From: Hydrolagus colliei
Lineage: Eukaryota
NCBI GenBank assembly: GCA_035084275.1
Contig: CM068748.1
Location: 15,934,001-15,998,000 of the forward strand
Length of the DNA: 64,000 bases
Reading direction: 5' to 3'
The stretch's first letter is position 1. Each line of letters opens with the position of its first letter. Below are positions 50,951 to 64,000 of this stretch, one piece after another. Position numbers and translations under genes: made by a program. The notes under the pieces were generated by a model. That model saw only the letters and a program-made list of their open reading frames with translations, was not told where the DNA came from and made no database searches.

Positions 50951-52410
50951 ACAATGCACTCCAGAGAGGCTCAAAGAAACAGACTTGCAGCCATAACCAT
51001 CCCCATGGTGAGTTTCTGTTCAAATGGGGAGCAAGTTGCTGAATGTAAGGGAAGTATTTTTATTATGTCAAGTTGGGAAATATTGGGGGTGTGGTACTCT
51101 TGTACACCTGATTGTAGATGGTTCACAGTTCTCAGCAGGAGAAATGAGAAAGAAACAAAACTATTTCTGAGAACTCCTATATGTTGTAATTTTTCCATGC
51201 ACAAAAGCAATTCGAAAGTCTTCCCATTGCAACCCAAATAAACCGAGAAGCATTTGTGAGTATGTTTTTCTCATAGAGAATAGATTTTTCAAATCTATTT
51301 CTAATTTCAGATGTTCAAGATGTGTTTGATCCTATAGACATAGTTTGGGCTTTCTTCAGATGCATCTTCAGTGTTGGGATACTTAGAATGTGCAGGTTTG
51401 ACGCTCTACTTTGTATCTCAGGTCTGTAGGTCAGAGTTTTTGGCAGCTTTCAATCTCATACATGTTACAAGCTTCAAGTTGGTGAATCACATCTTTCAGT
51501 CTTTAACTCCTGCTTCTCATTTAAAAAAAAAAAATCCTGGCCATTATTCAACAGCTTTCATCATTTAGCTCTCACTAATGCAAAGTCCAATTTTAGGCTC
51601 ATACTTCAGTTTCTGACTTGTCAGCTTTACTATCGCAAAATTTTCAACTCCAAGTTTATGTTTCTGTGGTTTTACACCAGTGTGTCTTTATGTTTCAATA
51701 ATCCATCTCAAGCATTTGAATGAAAATTAAACAATTATTAATTTGACGCTCTGTAAGACCTCCAAGCATAATCAGCCTTGATATTTGGATTAGTGGTCAG
51801 AACCAGCATGCATGCACTCACAATCTCTAAGTGCCCTTAGTTTCATTGGTTCTTATAATCTATAATCAAGCATTGTGAGAAAAAAAACAAATAACATGGA
51901 AGAAATTGAAGGTGAGTATTTTGATGTTAACATGTGTAACAGATGAAAGTACCATACTTCTATTAATATTAATGTCTTGGAGGATTTTCATTTCTGTACC
52001 CTTAATCATTGTGAGAAATTACTGTGTTTTTGTAAAATCCCGGCATGCATGCAGCATCTCATTTACATAATGAACAGTCTCTTGTGCTTCACCAAGCCCG
52101 CAAGAGCCTTATAACAGCAACAAATCATTTCAATTCAGATGAACCTGGAATTGGATTTGTTGATAAAATTGTTCAAGTTGCATAATACAAAAGGCAGGGT
52201 TTTAATATGGAAAACACTGAATAAAGGCTATGCAAGATGCTTCTGTTTATGTGCGATGAATCCTTTCCAGGGGAAACTAGATTTATTGACATTTCTAACA
52301 GTTATTTTCCATTTTGCCAATGTGTGCTTTAGGGTTTTCTAATTTTGCATTTGTTCAAGTTACAGCAGGGTTGATGTTGCATTTTCTTCCTCCCAGATAC
52401 TGAAATAGAA

Positions 52411-52472
52411 CTGCTTGGGACGTCCTCCCGACGTGAAAGGCGCTATATAAATGTAAATTGTTGTTGTTGTTG
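52411..52472 (+). mobile_element. Very short, young-looking L2 3' tail
   Basis: GCTTGGGACGTCCTCCCGACGTGAAAGGCGCTATATAAATGTAAATT(GTT)n with CpGs intact. Confidence 0.85.
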
Positions 52473-54034
52473 CTTACTTGTACAGTTAGGGTTGCATGAT
52501 TTTAAATACAATTTGCTATTTTAAAAAGCACTATTTAGCCTTTTTGCATGTTCCTCTCTCAAATTACCGTTTTTATACTGTATCGTACTTGATTAGATGT
52601 TTTAACAATTCAGAGGAACATGGCAGTATTGCATTGACTCCATCTTTTTTAAAAAAACTTTCGAAAGCATCTCTCATTCAGAATATTTCCTTTGTCCATT
52701 ATGCTGTAAATCAGGCCGGCACAGTGCCGTTGACAAGTCTGTTTTTAGCTGTGCAAATCACTCTGATTGCTTTTTCCATTAAAGACAGATCTGAGAGGTG
52801 ATTTATAGAGGACAGTCTTTTTCAGAGAGTGTCAGGTTTCCTGACCTCGCATCACATAAAAGTTCCTTGGAGACAAATGGCTCTGAAGGTTAGTTGTTCT
52901 CTAAAGATAGCGGATTGAGTCCACAAGGGGAAAACAGGTTGATTGAATAGTCAAAATGTATAGTTCTGAGCCAAAGAGAGTCACATAATTGCTGTTGGTG
53001 CCCATCACCAAGTAAACCAGTTGCATTCCATCGTAAGCAAAATGTGTAATAAAGTAATAGATTTATACCATTTTAGCCTCATCAAGGCATTTTGAGATAT
53101 CAACTGAGGTTGGACCACACCCACCCCCCTTTTCACACTGTCACACTCAGGAATTCTTCCAATTTAACCGAAGCACCAAAGTAAACAATAGAATGCTAAA
53201 AATGAAACATTAAATAGTTGTTGACATTGAATGATTAAAAATATATGGAATGTATCAACGGTCATGGGGACACTTTGAAACTGGCTTACCAGTACATTCA
53301 GTGACTTTTGACAGTTCTTAACATGATTGCTGTGAGATGTAGCTTACCATATAGTACAAACTACTACAATGTTTCACCCAATAAAAAGTTGTTTTGAGTC
53401 AGCCAGGCTACAAGTGATCTTGGCACAGTTCCAAGGCTGAAGAAAGATCCCTGCTAGTGAAAGAAGGGGATGAATGATAACATGAAGAGACAGGCTTCTC
53501 TTCATTCAATTGCCTGTAGGAAACGTCTGGCTGCTTGGTTACCTACTACAAGACATTGTATCCATAGGTGGTGGGTGGCTAAAGCTAGAGAGAGCTCAAC
53601 CCCCTCCACCCCATCAGTTTGGACTAATAGGATATTGGGGCAAGAGAAGGGCATTGCTCCCCACGGTAATGGGAAATGGAAAGTAAAGTAAATGTAACAG
53701 TCAATGAGTTGAGTCTTCAATGAAGCACTGTCAGGTTGTACAAGAAAAACACAGATCTGCTCAGCCCCTCCCCGCCCCACCCCTCACCTTACAGAATATC
53801 TTCACCCGCTGCCTGTGTGTACATTAATTATATGGTAGTATCCCATTGTGCTGGACTTTATAGTTCGTTTGGGGGTTTTATCCAATGATATCACCCATCT
53901 CAGAATGATGACTAGAGCAACCATTTGGACCTTTCACAGTAACAGGCAATATACTTGTACCTATGCACTTTGGGGTTTATCAAGAAATCACCTTTACAAG
54001 ATTAAAAAAAAAATACTATTATAAAATGTACTAA

Positions 54035-54570
54035 CAACGACAAACAAAATTACATTAGTAGAGTGCCTTTCTTGTCGGGAGGATGTCCCAAACGCTGAAC
54101 AGTCAGGGGACAGGATCCAAGTATGGGCCGTGGCAGGGTTGGGATGAGGGAGGTCAGAGAGGTAGGAGGGCAGCTGAAGGCATGGGCCTTGACGAAGGTA
54201 AGTGAGGAAGTAATGCAAAGGGATTATGGGATGGATTTCCAAAGAGTGGGCGCAGAGAGGCTGAAAGACCGACCACTAATGGTAGGGCCTGCTGAACCGA
54301 GGGAGAAGACAAGTTGATAGGGGTCAGCGGGTCAAAGAGGGGACAAGGCCATGGGTTGCCTCAAAAGTGCGGATGAGGATCTTGAATTCTATCCTCTAAG
54401 GGATAGGGAGCCAGTGGAACTGGGCATGGGTGGGGGTGATGGGTCAAGGAGCCTGGTGCGGGAGAGGACATGATCTACAAAGTTTTGGATGATCTGCAGG
54501 TTGTGGAGGGAAGAGTTGGGGTGGCCAACAAGTAGGGAGTTTCCTTAGTCAAGCCTTGAGGTGACAAATA
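54035..54570 (-). mobile_element. L2 LINE 3' ~530 bp
   Basis: Minus strand reads FVTSRLD..NSLLVGHPNSSLHNLQIIQN…FHWLPI…RIQDPH…SFSLSAPTLWKSIP, then the same tail as 52411. Confidence 0.9.
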
Positions 54571-54914
54571 CATGTAAGAAATAACTTAGTTTATTTTTTA
54601 AATGATTTGTGCACCTTATTCTAATGATGCTGAGTTTTGCTGAGAGGTGCTGGTACTGTGATTTGTTTCAACTCAAAAAGTGGTGCAGGGGTACATTTAG
54701 TTTATGTCATGGACAGATCTTTGCAACAGATTACATCTAGTTTTGAAATCCTGGCCAGTACTGATGGATTTGGGAAGAGTAATCAATCAGAAATCAGGTA
54801 AACTAATTACTTCACTCAGAGAGATTACTCTTTACATTCAAACTTTCATAACATATTAGTATAATAGGCAAAGAAGTCGGGAAGGGAAATGTTATTCATA
54901 AAGGAAAGTTTCTC

Positions 54915-55130
54915 TACATCAGAAGATTGTGATTTCAGGGTCCAGTCTGATATGCCAGTATAGTATAGTGGTGCTGAAGTACTATACTACATTGTTGGAC
55001 GTGCTGTTCTTCAGATATGGAGATAAACCAAGGACCAGTCTTCCTGTTTAGATTGATATTCAGGATTCCTTGTTGTTATTTGAAAAGAAAAGCAATTGTC
55101 TCCTGATGTACTAGTTGTCCAGAGTAATAA
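54915..55130 (+). mobile_element. Old SacSINE1-like DeuSINE fragment
   Basis: CATCAGAAGATTGTG…CATTGTTGGACGTGCTGTTCTTCAGATATGGAGATAAACCAAGG…TATTTGAAAAGA. Confidence 0.65.
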
Positions 55131-56526
55131 GTTACTCATCTCATGATATTTTGCTGACATGAACGATTGTACAGTTATCTACTAAACGAGTCACTACACA
55201 ACAATTTATTACCTGCATCATTTTTTTGTAATGAACTGCTATGTGTCTTGTATGGATGTATCGATGTATGGATGTAGATCTTTCCGCAGACAGGTAGAAG
55301 GAGTAGGCATGTTTGGCCTAGAATATCTTTGGTAGGGTTCACTATCTGTTTAAGGTCCAATTACTTTTTAGTTCCATATTGGCAAAACTCTTCAGATGAC
55401 CTCTGATCATTTTGGTCATTATTCATTCAGAATTATTGATTTTGGACTGCGATTAGGCAGTTTCTTAGATTTACAGGATTCCTATGGCAAACCTGCTCTC
55501 TGATCCAAACCTTCATTTTGTATCTTACTTAAGGCAATGTGTCTCCACCAAATAAGCATCACCTTCAGTGCAGTGTTAACTGCAACTCTGATTTGACTAT
55601 CTTTCTTGCTAAAGATTGAGCAAGCATACACTAGATCTTATTCCCAGAAACAATAAGATTTCTACTTACTCAGGTGCTAAATGCTTGGATTTAACACACA
55701 CAGAAAGACAAATACTGTTTGTTATCATTATTAATATTTTAGCTGCATATCAATTGAATTTCCTCATTTCTAATGTTTAAAGAAAAGTTTTGATAATTAC
55801 TCCACTGTCTAGTGAGTTTTTTGGATTGTTCATTCACAACAATATTTTTCATTTTCACATTGACATTTTTTTCCACAGCTGAAACATGCAAAGAAAAGGC
55901 CTCCAACTCATTACAGCATTTGTTTTCCGTTTTCATAGAATTGTTCCTGCTTTGTTTTTGTCGCACACCATAAAATAATTATTTAGGGTTGCTATTATCT
56001 CTACGGTGTTCCAGGATGGTCATCCTTAAGTCATAAAACAACCGAGCTACAGCCAGATAATTTCACGGCAATGAATATGGCGTCTCTTGTGTGATTTTCA
56101 AAGCATCCGTGAAGTTCCAGTGTTAATTTTCTACTGAATGAAAACTAACTGGGTAAAGCAATGACAAAAACAGATTATTAGCTGAGAGCCACACGTGATG
56201 TATATCATAGCTATCAGTTAAACCCGGTAGCAATGAGTATTGCAATACATATTGTGTCATTGATCACTTTTATCAAAGCTGTTTTTTGTTCAACAAAGTA
56301 CAGCAAATGTTGGAATGGTGAAAACTTCAGAGCATGCTGAAGTCTGCATTGGTTTTATTTCTGGACTAATATCTTTACTCTGTGAACTAAATATCTCTTG
56401 TCTGTCTTGTCTAGTACCGTGACATTTTTGAAAGATTGAGTGGCTTTTTGAAAGAAAATAATTCTTAGAAACACCTATACCCATTTATATTTGTAATGCT
56501 AATATATGTGCACAAAATCATCAGTG

Positions 56527-56560
56527 GACAGACAGACAGACTGACTGACTGACTGACTGA
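56527..56560. repeat. (GACA)n(GACT)n tetranucleotide microsatellite
   Basis: Directly visible. Confidence 0.9.
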
Positions 56561-57631
56561 TTGCAACATTGCTGAACATATAGACTGACTGATCTCCCAA
56601 ATAAAATTGCTCCAAAAGTTTGAATACTGTCTAGCCCTAGTTTAGGCGAAGACTGTTGTTACCATGTAGAAAAATGTTTGTAATCTTCTTATGCAACTTG
56701 GGTGAACATCAAGAGATTGCTTTACATCTCTTTTGTGGATGACTAACAATCGTAAAATTGTCTCCTGTTTAGTTGAATTCAGATCCTTTATCTTTGATTA
56801 ATGTGTGGATTCAGTAAGTCCTTTCTGGGTAGTCTAACCCTGAAGGTACAGATTCATTTTCCAGCTATTCCTAGGAAACCCAATGCAACTTACCTCATTT
56901 ATCTTTTTAAAGAATTGTCAACAGAGCATAGTATTGTGAGCAACAAAGTGAGTTAGTAGACTATTGTAGTCCAAACATGGGAAATGTGTCTTGGCTGTGC
57001 TACCTATGTCTAGTTGTGAATTGTAATTAATAAAATAGTTTACCTCCCAAGTAAAGATAGAGATTGTTTCTGATTATAAGAGTTATTCTGCACCGATTTT
57101 AAGACAATGGATCAAAATTTCTTAAAACATCTTCACATCCATGGTTAACTGTTTGGAGTGGGCAATTTAGTTTTGGGATTCTAGCTGGACTCTAGACTAC
57201 TTACATTGGTGTATTGTTGCAAGTCTGATTTAGCCATGACTTTCCAAAGGGGGTGTGGGGAGGTGGGGGGAGTTTTGGGAAGAAACATTCCATAAACACA
57301 TTACTAAAACTGAACTCTTGTTTCTCTTTAAATATTATTTTTCATAGGATGTTCATGCTAAGTACACAGCCATACAATTAAACAGTGCTACTTTGTATGG
57401 CTGAGACAATTATTTAGCTCCACAAAATTATTTTATGCTTACTATTTGTTGTAATAAATACCAACACAGCCAAATAAAAGAAAGCAGTCAAGGAAAAGCA
57501 TCGTGATCTGTAATATCATGATCAGGAGTCAGTATTCACTGGGTTCAAATGCTTACAGTCAGGATAGAGATCAGCAACGACGATGATCCCCAGTGTTAAC
57601 AAACTGACCTGTGAGCAAGTTAATAATCAGA

Positions 57632-57968
57632 CAAGATGGGGATCTTCAGTCTTGAAAGGAAACATGCCAGAGGTGACTTTACAGACACATATAAGATTGT
57701 ATTGAGAAAATAAATCCAGAGCAATACTTTATGGTACAACAAATCCAGGGTTGCAAAGGGCAATTTAAGGACAGAATCAAGGAATTTTTTTTTACCCAGA
57801 AGGTAATTAACAACTGAAACAGGTTAACATGAAGAATGGTTTAGGCCAGGAAACTAGAACTTATTAAGAAACCCTTTGATCCTGCAACAGTCGGGGAGTT
57901 TTCCTGGAAGGATGAAATTAAATGGGCCAAAGGACGTTCTTCATCCAACCCTCTTTCATGATCTTGTG
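57632..57968 (+). mobile_element. CR1 ORF2 end and 3' UTR
   Basis: Translates MGIFSLERKHARGDFTDTYKI (CR1 consensus LGLFSLE.RRLRGDL..YK), with FFTQKVIN and an ATGGGCCAAAGGAC terminus. Confidence 0.85.
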
Positions 57969-60899
57969 CAAATATTCAAGTGCAGTAGCCAGAGGAGAGA
58001 GAGAACTAAGGACAAGGTAAAGAATAATCAATTTGTTACAGCTGCATGAAGTGAATTTACATAAATTAAAAAAATTATGTTTGCAGCAGTTTAATTCTGC
58101 TATTTGGAGTCAAATAGTCGTGGTTCAAGGCATAAATACAGATGAATCACACAACTGATAAGTAACTCACTATTTATGTTTGTGCTGTAATTTGCAGCTG
58201 TCAAAAATTGATGATCCAGTATTTGCACCAACAGATAATTTAATGTTTCAGCTATTCTGAAGTGTGTTTTGTTTGTGGAAGTTCAACTTGTTTGTAACTG
58301 AGAAAGATGAGTGAAAAAGTGAACATTTATTATTCACGATTTAGATATGCATTATTAATGTTGGTGATAAACGAATACCTCAAAACATTTAATTGTGTCT
58401 GTATATAGACACAATCCTTACACAGCAGAAATTAAATATACAGAGGAAGCTTTAGGTAGCACAGAAAAAAAGGAAAGTATGAGGTTTACTTGCAAAGTTG
58501 TGTGTGAAATTCATCTAAGAAAAGCTGATTCATAAGCTTAAAAATATATACATATGTTACAATATGAAACAGGTGTGAGTTAGGAATACAGAATTGAGTT
58601 TGGACTACAGTCTAAATAAATGATGGCCTCAAGCAAGATGCATTGAGCAGAAAGTGCTCTTCATCTTCATTCATCCAAGGTGATTGTCTGGGGCAGATCA
58701 GCATGTCGCAATAAGCAATGAGATTGTTAAAACAGAACGCTTTACTTGAAACTGATTTCTGTGAACTCATTCATAACTTAATTTTCTTCGAATGGGAGAC
58801 TGTTTTATATACAGCATCAACATTTTTCTGGTAACCCCGATTCGGAAGTGCAATTTGTCTCATGGGATTGCTCCGTCAATGAGAAATATGCATTTGAAGT
58901 AGTGCTAAGTTGTAAGTCACCTAGAGAAAAAATTGAGTGGATTGAAGAACTTAATGAATACTGTACTTACTTTCCGTGTGAAGAACAAAAAGAGGGAGAA
59001 AAAGAAAAAGACAGGGAAACTGAAATGAAAAAAAATGCCATAAATTTGGTGACTCAATTGGCTTAATGACCTTGCCTTATTTCTCAGTTCCATTGTTCAT
59101 TTGGTTAGATATAAATTTGCAATTGGCTTTGGCTGCTTGAATATGGATTAAATGGATCAACATTTGTTTTTGTAAATCCTGCTAACAATTTGATACAAAT
59201 TTGACTCGTCATCAATATTCTGCTGTTGGAAATGTGAAGCATCCATATAGATAAGCTAATAGTGAGAGGAAATCAACTTTGTCAGACATCACTGAACACC
59301 TTTTATTAGAGAGAAAAAGAACATTTGTTGGTGGTGGGAACCGATGGGGCTGTATTTCAGCCCCCAAATATGCAAATTGGTTAACTACAAGAGATATGCT
59401 TGTACATATTGCAATATTAGAGAGGGGAAAAAACAAAAGGCATTTGCAGTACAGTAGTTGTAATTGGATAGTGTTTGTACACTACCTTTAATGATGCAGT
59501 CATTTATTTTCATAGGAACATTTTGCCTTAATTTGATCACAGCTGTACTAACCAAGCCCTGTTTCATATCATGTCTTACCCAGGGGACGCTCTCCAGGCT
59601 CATTGATGTAGGTTTACTGTATGGCAGCAAAGCCATGCACTAACTGCATGATGATAACCATTGCTTCCCCAACCAATCCTAGCCAATGCTTATGCTGCCT
59701 GTGCATGCAACATCTCTAGCCTGGTGCTATGTTAGTTGAATGCAATAACAGCATTTCTTAACCTTGTTCCTTTTTGAATGTGTCAATACATTGTATTGAG
59801 CAATTACTCTTATTGCCATAATTTAGAAACATACCTTTTGCTCCACGTAGCTAAAGATATCAAACTCCAAGAAAAGCCAACAGAATACCAGAGATGCTAC
59901 ATTTATATAATTCAGTTTAGGTTCCCAGCTGTGACTTAATGCCAAGTAGGAATATAAATGAGCATTACAAAAGCAACCTGGTGAAACATTGCAATGAGCT
60001 ATAAATTATTGTGAAAGCAGTTCACGTTCGCTGTTATTAATCCTGATCCATCAAAGGCTTCCTGGCTGTTTTATAAAAACTGTATTTCAATACCAACATT
60101 GAAATGATGTTATTGTTTAGTTTGTTAATGTCTATCATTTTGTTAGCTGTTCTTGGAGTGTCTATGCATGGACAATTTCATATACAGTATTAAGATGTGA
60201 TAATATTATGTTGTGGTGAATTAAACAATCAAGGTTACTGAGGAGGGGAATACAATTTGCATTTCAGCAGCTTACTTATCACTACAATTTCACCCCAGTT
60301 AGGAAACTCCATAAATGTGTTTAATTCATAACTTTTTATACTATTTCTTGTCAGATATGGCTTTCTGAATTTGGAAATAAAAATCATCAAATCTAGGGTT
60401 GAATATTTGAAGTCAAAATTGCAAGTTAAAATGCTTTTGAAAGGATAACTTAATTTAACCTTATATTGTAATGTTAGCTACAAAGAAGCTTGTATTACCC
60501 AGACATGTATTGTTTAATTGTTTAATATTTATTATAATTGTGGATACTGTGCAATAGTAAACATTTCTAAACTGTTTGACAGCAAACAGACATTGAATTA
60601 CGATATAATTTTTTTTCAAATAATGGATAAAGACAACAAAAAAGCAATGTGCTAAAATTTATGGTATTAAATGTTGCTCTCATTGCATAAGGTAAATCAA
60701 ATGATAACATTAAAGAAATGTCCTTATGTTTTCAAACTGAGCAATATTGATAAGTCATTATTTCCAGGATTGCAAATCTGTGATACTTCAATAAACCATT
60801 ACAATAATTATTTTATTGGCATTTTACATTTAAGAATGTAATTGAAATGTAAGAAACAAAGACAAAGTGTATCGGTATGTTGAGCACAATGGCCAATTG

Positions 60900-61190
60900 A
60901 GTTTGGCATTTAATCAACCCTAAACAGAAGAATGGAAGTCTGATTGTAAGGATTTAAAGTGAAATGAGCATGACCAGACCCGATCCAGTTCTTATGGGCA
61001 TAGATCAATAAAACTGTTCAAAGGTTTGTCAAATATTAGCAGTCTAAAAGGATGGCTGGAATGGGAAGTGAAAATGTTCACCATGGGAATCAAGCGGGAG
61101 GTTATGGTAAAGGGACATTCATGAGGCAGAATAGAAAGCCATTATGCCAGTATTCAGTTATGCTATACCAGGCCATGAGAATATTTGTAC
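60900..61190 (+). mobile_element. LF-SINE-like ancient SINE remnant
   Basis: GTGAAATGAGCATGACCAGACCCGATCCAGTTCTTATGGGCA resembles the recalled LF-SINE core GTGAAATGAGTTGGTGGTCTCAGTCCAGTTCCTAGTGGACA; also GACATT…GGCAG…TGCTATACC. Confidence 0.4.
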
Positions 61191-63523
61191 TGAGGTACTT
61201 TTAGAATCCCCTTAAATTGAAATGTGTTCTAATTGCCAGAACTGAGATTCCTTAGTAAGACATGCATCCAAATAGTGATTATTTTCCTTGCTTATTGCTA
61301 AGATTTATTGTCCCATTGTGGCATTTCTTTATCGATTAAAATCCATGTAAGAAGTGATCTGCCAACAATTTGTGTTTTTTTTATATAGATGTAAGGTGGG
61401 GTGGGGAAAAAAGCCTTCATTTGACTGTTCTGCAAAATTAAATGAGCAGATTAAAATAGCACCACAGCATGATTGACAGGTGTGTGGAAAGAATCAATTC
61501 ACAGAAAAATGTGTTGCATCTCTTTCTTGGCTTGTATGATTTTTACTACACAAAGGCTTGAGTTTGATTAAATGTGATATCTGAATATTTATTTTTCTGC
61601 CAAAATACTTTGCCGAAAATGTTGTATTGTTAACTGCACATAAACATTTCTTATAAAGGAAGGTAATAGCTACATTCTTCCTTCTCATCAGGTCTTAAAA
61701 TTGTTTCTGAGAACAGATTAAGAAAAAGGCACTACATTCTGAAATGTTTTCAGTTTTTTTTCTTTCGACATTGAGTAGCGAGGCCGTCCTGCACATTCCA
61801 CTTGTCCCAATTCTACAGTCATAAGGGAAAACTGCTAAGAAATATCACAAAAACTACGTATCGATACAGATACTCTTTTCAGTGTGAATATTGATGACAG
61901 TTAGATAAGTATTCATGAAACTCCCAAAGTCACAAGGCCTTAACGTTCCTTTGATCTTGTTTATTAACTGAAGTGGCTTTGAAGACGGAATTGTCAAACG
62001 GACTAATATTGGAGCTACAGCAACTTTCAACAATTTGCATTTATATAGTGCCCTCCACACTAAGCAGCATCTCAGATCATTTATTCTTACTTTAGATGTT
62101 GATGCACCAAAAATGCCATTTCCAACAAAACATATTTCCTTCCTCTCTTAACAATATCCTTTGCCTTAATTCCTCAGAGTCTGAGTTTCCCTGAATTCAT
62201 ATGGGAACTATTTTCCAAAATGTACTTGTTTGAGTGTTAAATTTTGACATTAGTGTCTACTCTTGATGTAGCAAGGAGAATCGCCAGTCATTTTTATGTA
62301 GGGCAGATGAAACTTTAGGGCAGGTGCTGGCAACTTCACCATTGTAAATCTGTTGCTTTAAAATAGTGCAAATATATTTGTGCAGGGAAATCATGAATAT
62401 AATCACATTATATTAGCAGTTGATTTTATACTAATCTCACATTTATATTAGACTGGGTTGGAATTAAAAGATTATACTAACAATATGTGTTAAAACTACC
62501 CTAATGTCACATCAAGAAATCATGCAATGGTTCCCCAGTTTCTGCTGAAACAATTGGCTTTCTCTACTTATTACTTATTCTGTTCGAAGCATTATTGTAA
62601 GTTTCTGATCGATAGTCCTGGAAAATATTCCATTGCCAGTGTCTCTAAAAAGGTCTTTCTCTGAAAAGGGTTACATAACTTCAGATCTTTCTTTTGCTTA
62701 TACCAGGAAACCTTTTCATAGATTGGGTCAACTGAGTAGCTTTTTCACATACAACATATGTGATATGTGGTATGTGAAAAAGCTTCCGGGTCAACAGGTT
62801 GCTGTATTATTTCCTGTGCGCTATGCGCATGAAACACCACGAATGTTACTTTTTACACACTGAACTATGTGCATGCATGTGCCTTCCTTCTCGCTGATCT
62901 TTGTGGTGCTTCCTGTGCTTGCAAGCAAAGCATAGGATGTGACATCAGCAGGCACTTGATTTGTAAGTCAACCATTTTTTCATCTTGTATCTTGGGTCTG
63001 TAGAACTGTATGCCCACGCTATAATTGAGCACACTCTATTGAATGGTGTACAGACTGTGCTGCAAAATACCATTTAGATTATTAACACATTGACCCTTGG
63101 TGTTTTCCATTGGTAAAAGTTTACTTTTATTTTTGCTTATGACTAGAAGACAATACCTTGTGGAAAAAGCAAAAATAACTCCTCGTGGCCCATTAAATCA
63201 TCAGACAGGACTAAATCCCTTCTATACCCTGAACAACCTTGGCCCATAAAGAAAAAAAATCAGCTCCAGCTCTAATCTCATTTATTTCACTTTGTCTTTA
63301 GTGACTTTTTGCAATGACCTAATTTCATTTTGTCTTTGTTATGATTTGCTTTTAAAAACAGATATTCAGGTTCTGAAGTCCACAGCTCCAATGTCACCTC
63401 TGAAACTGGACTTGTTTGAATCTCTATGTTTTTCAATACTTGCTCATTTTAGAGCATTTAAGACATTATGTGCCTTTTCTTCTTGAATGCAATAAAAGGC
63501 ACAAGGATTGTGTCCTTGCACCA

Positions 63524-63570
63524 TTGAGACATTTCTGAAATTCTATTGAGACAATTCTGAAATCTTCTAT
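63524..63570. repeat. ~22-bp tandem duplication
   Basis: ATTGAGACA(T/A)TTCTGAAAT x2. Confidence 0.85.
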
Positions 63571-63794
63571 GAAGATTCTATTCTAAATGTGGATTTATCC
63601 ACCTCTTAATATAAAGACTAATGTTACATGGTTTATCTGTTATGTGCTTCTGATATCTATTGTTCGGTCTCCCATTTTGTGCAACATTTCTATGCCTGTA
63701 ATTTCCATCTCTGGGATGGATTGGAAGAATGTGAAACTTTAACTATTGTCCTAATCGGGTCCTAAATGCCACTGAAATCCTAATTTCAGGTGTC

Positions 63795-63950
63795 CTCTTG
63801 GCTCAATTGGCAGAAGGTTCAAGCTCCAAATTAGTACTTAGTTTCAGCTGACACTCAAATACAGTGCTGGGGGTGCATGAGAGGGAGGGAGTGTTGATTG
63901 ATGAAAATGCCAATCTTCAAATGAAACATAATCTGAGGCTCACTCTCTTG
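63795..63950 (+). mobile_element. Old SacSINE1-like head
   Basis: TGGCTCAATTGG…GGTTCAAG…GCTGACACTC…CAGTGCTG…TCTTCAAATGAAAC. Confidence 0.5.
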
Positions 63951-64000
63951 GTTAACAAACCCTCAGATACAATTGGTCAATCATTTCATGACTTTTTGTG

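Larger units (their letters stand above)
44809..64000 (+). other. KCNMA1: KCNMA1 intron downstream of the S1 exon (3' end outside window)
   Basis: Starts GTAAGT. The next exon ([21 protein letters not shown]…) was not found by eye. Confidence 0.8.

Noticed and set aside
1-64000. All supplied six-frame ORFs as genes
   Set aside because: They are short and lack family motifs, as expected for intronic DNA. The few with motifs are repeat fragments, and the real exon is not in the track.
44809-64000. Known mammalian alternative inserts after S1 (e.g. SV1)
   Set aside because: I could not recognise a homologous sequence by eye; a TBLASTN search would be needed.

Overview
AT-rich, CpG-poor vertebrate genomic DNA, almost entirely intronic. 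The only coding sequence I can support is one 62-nt plus-strand exon (44747-44808) encoding [20 protein letters not shown](D), the S1 helix of the BK/Slo1 channel KCNMA1 (human exon 3 equivalent). I did not find the neighbouring exons by eye, so the window appears to span >44 kb of the upstream intron and >19 kb of the downstream intron. The repeats (a young tRNA-headed Deu-type SINE with (ATT)n tail, older SacSINE1-like, AmnSINE2-like and LF-SINE-like copies, L2 and CR1 fragments, two Tigger/pogo-like MITEs) point to a cartilaginous fish, probably Callorhinchus milii. That assignment and the repeat family names come from recalled consensus sequences, not a search. None of the supplied ORFs looks like a gene. 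I see no novel multi-gene system. The most interesting signals are structural: a MITE with a ~170-190 bp internal fold-back, twin perfect hairpins at 19.56-19.64 kb, candidate micro/poison exons 1.7 kb downstream of the S1 exon, and several SINE/LINE chimeras.
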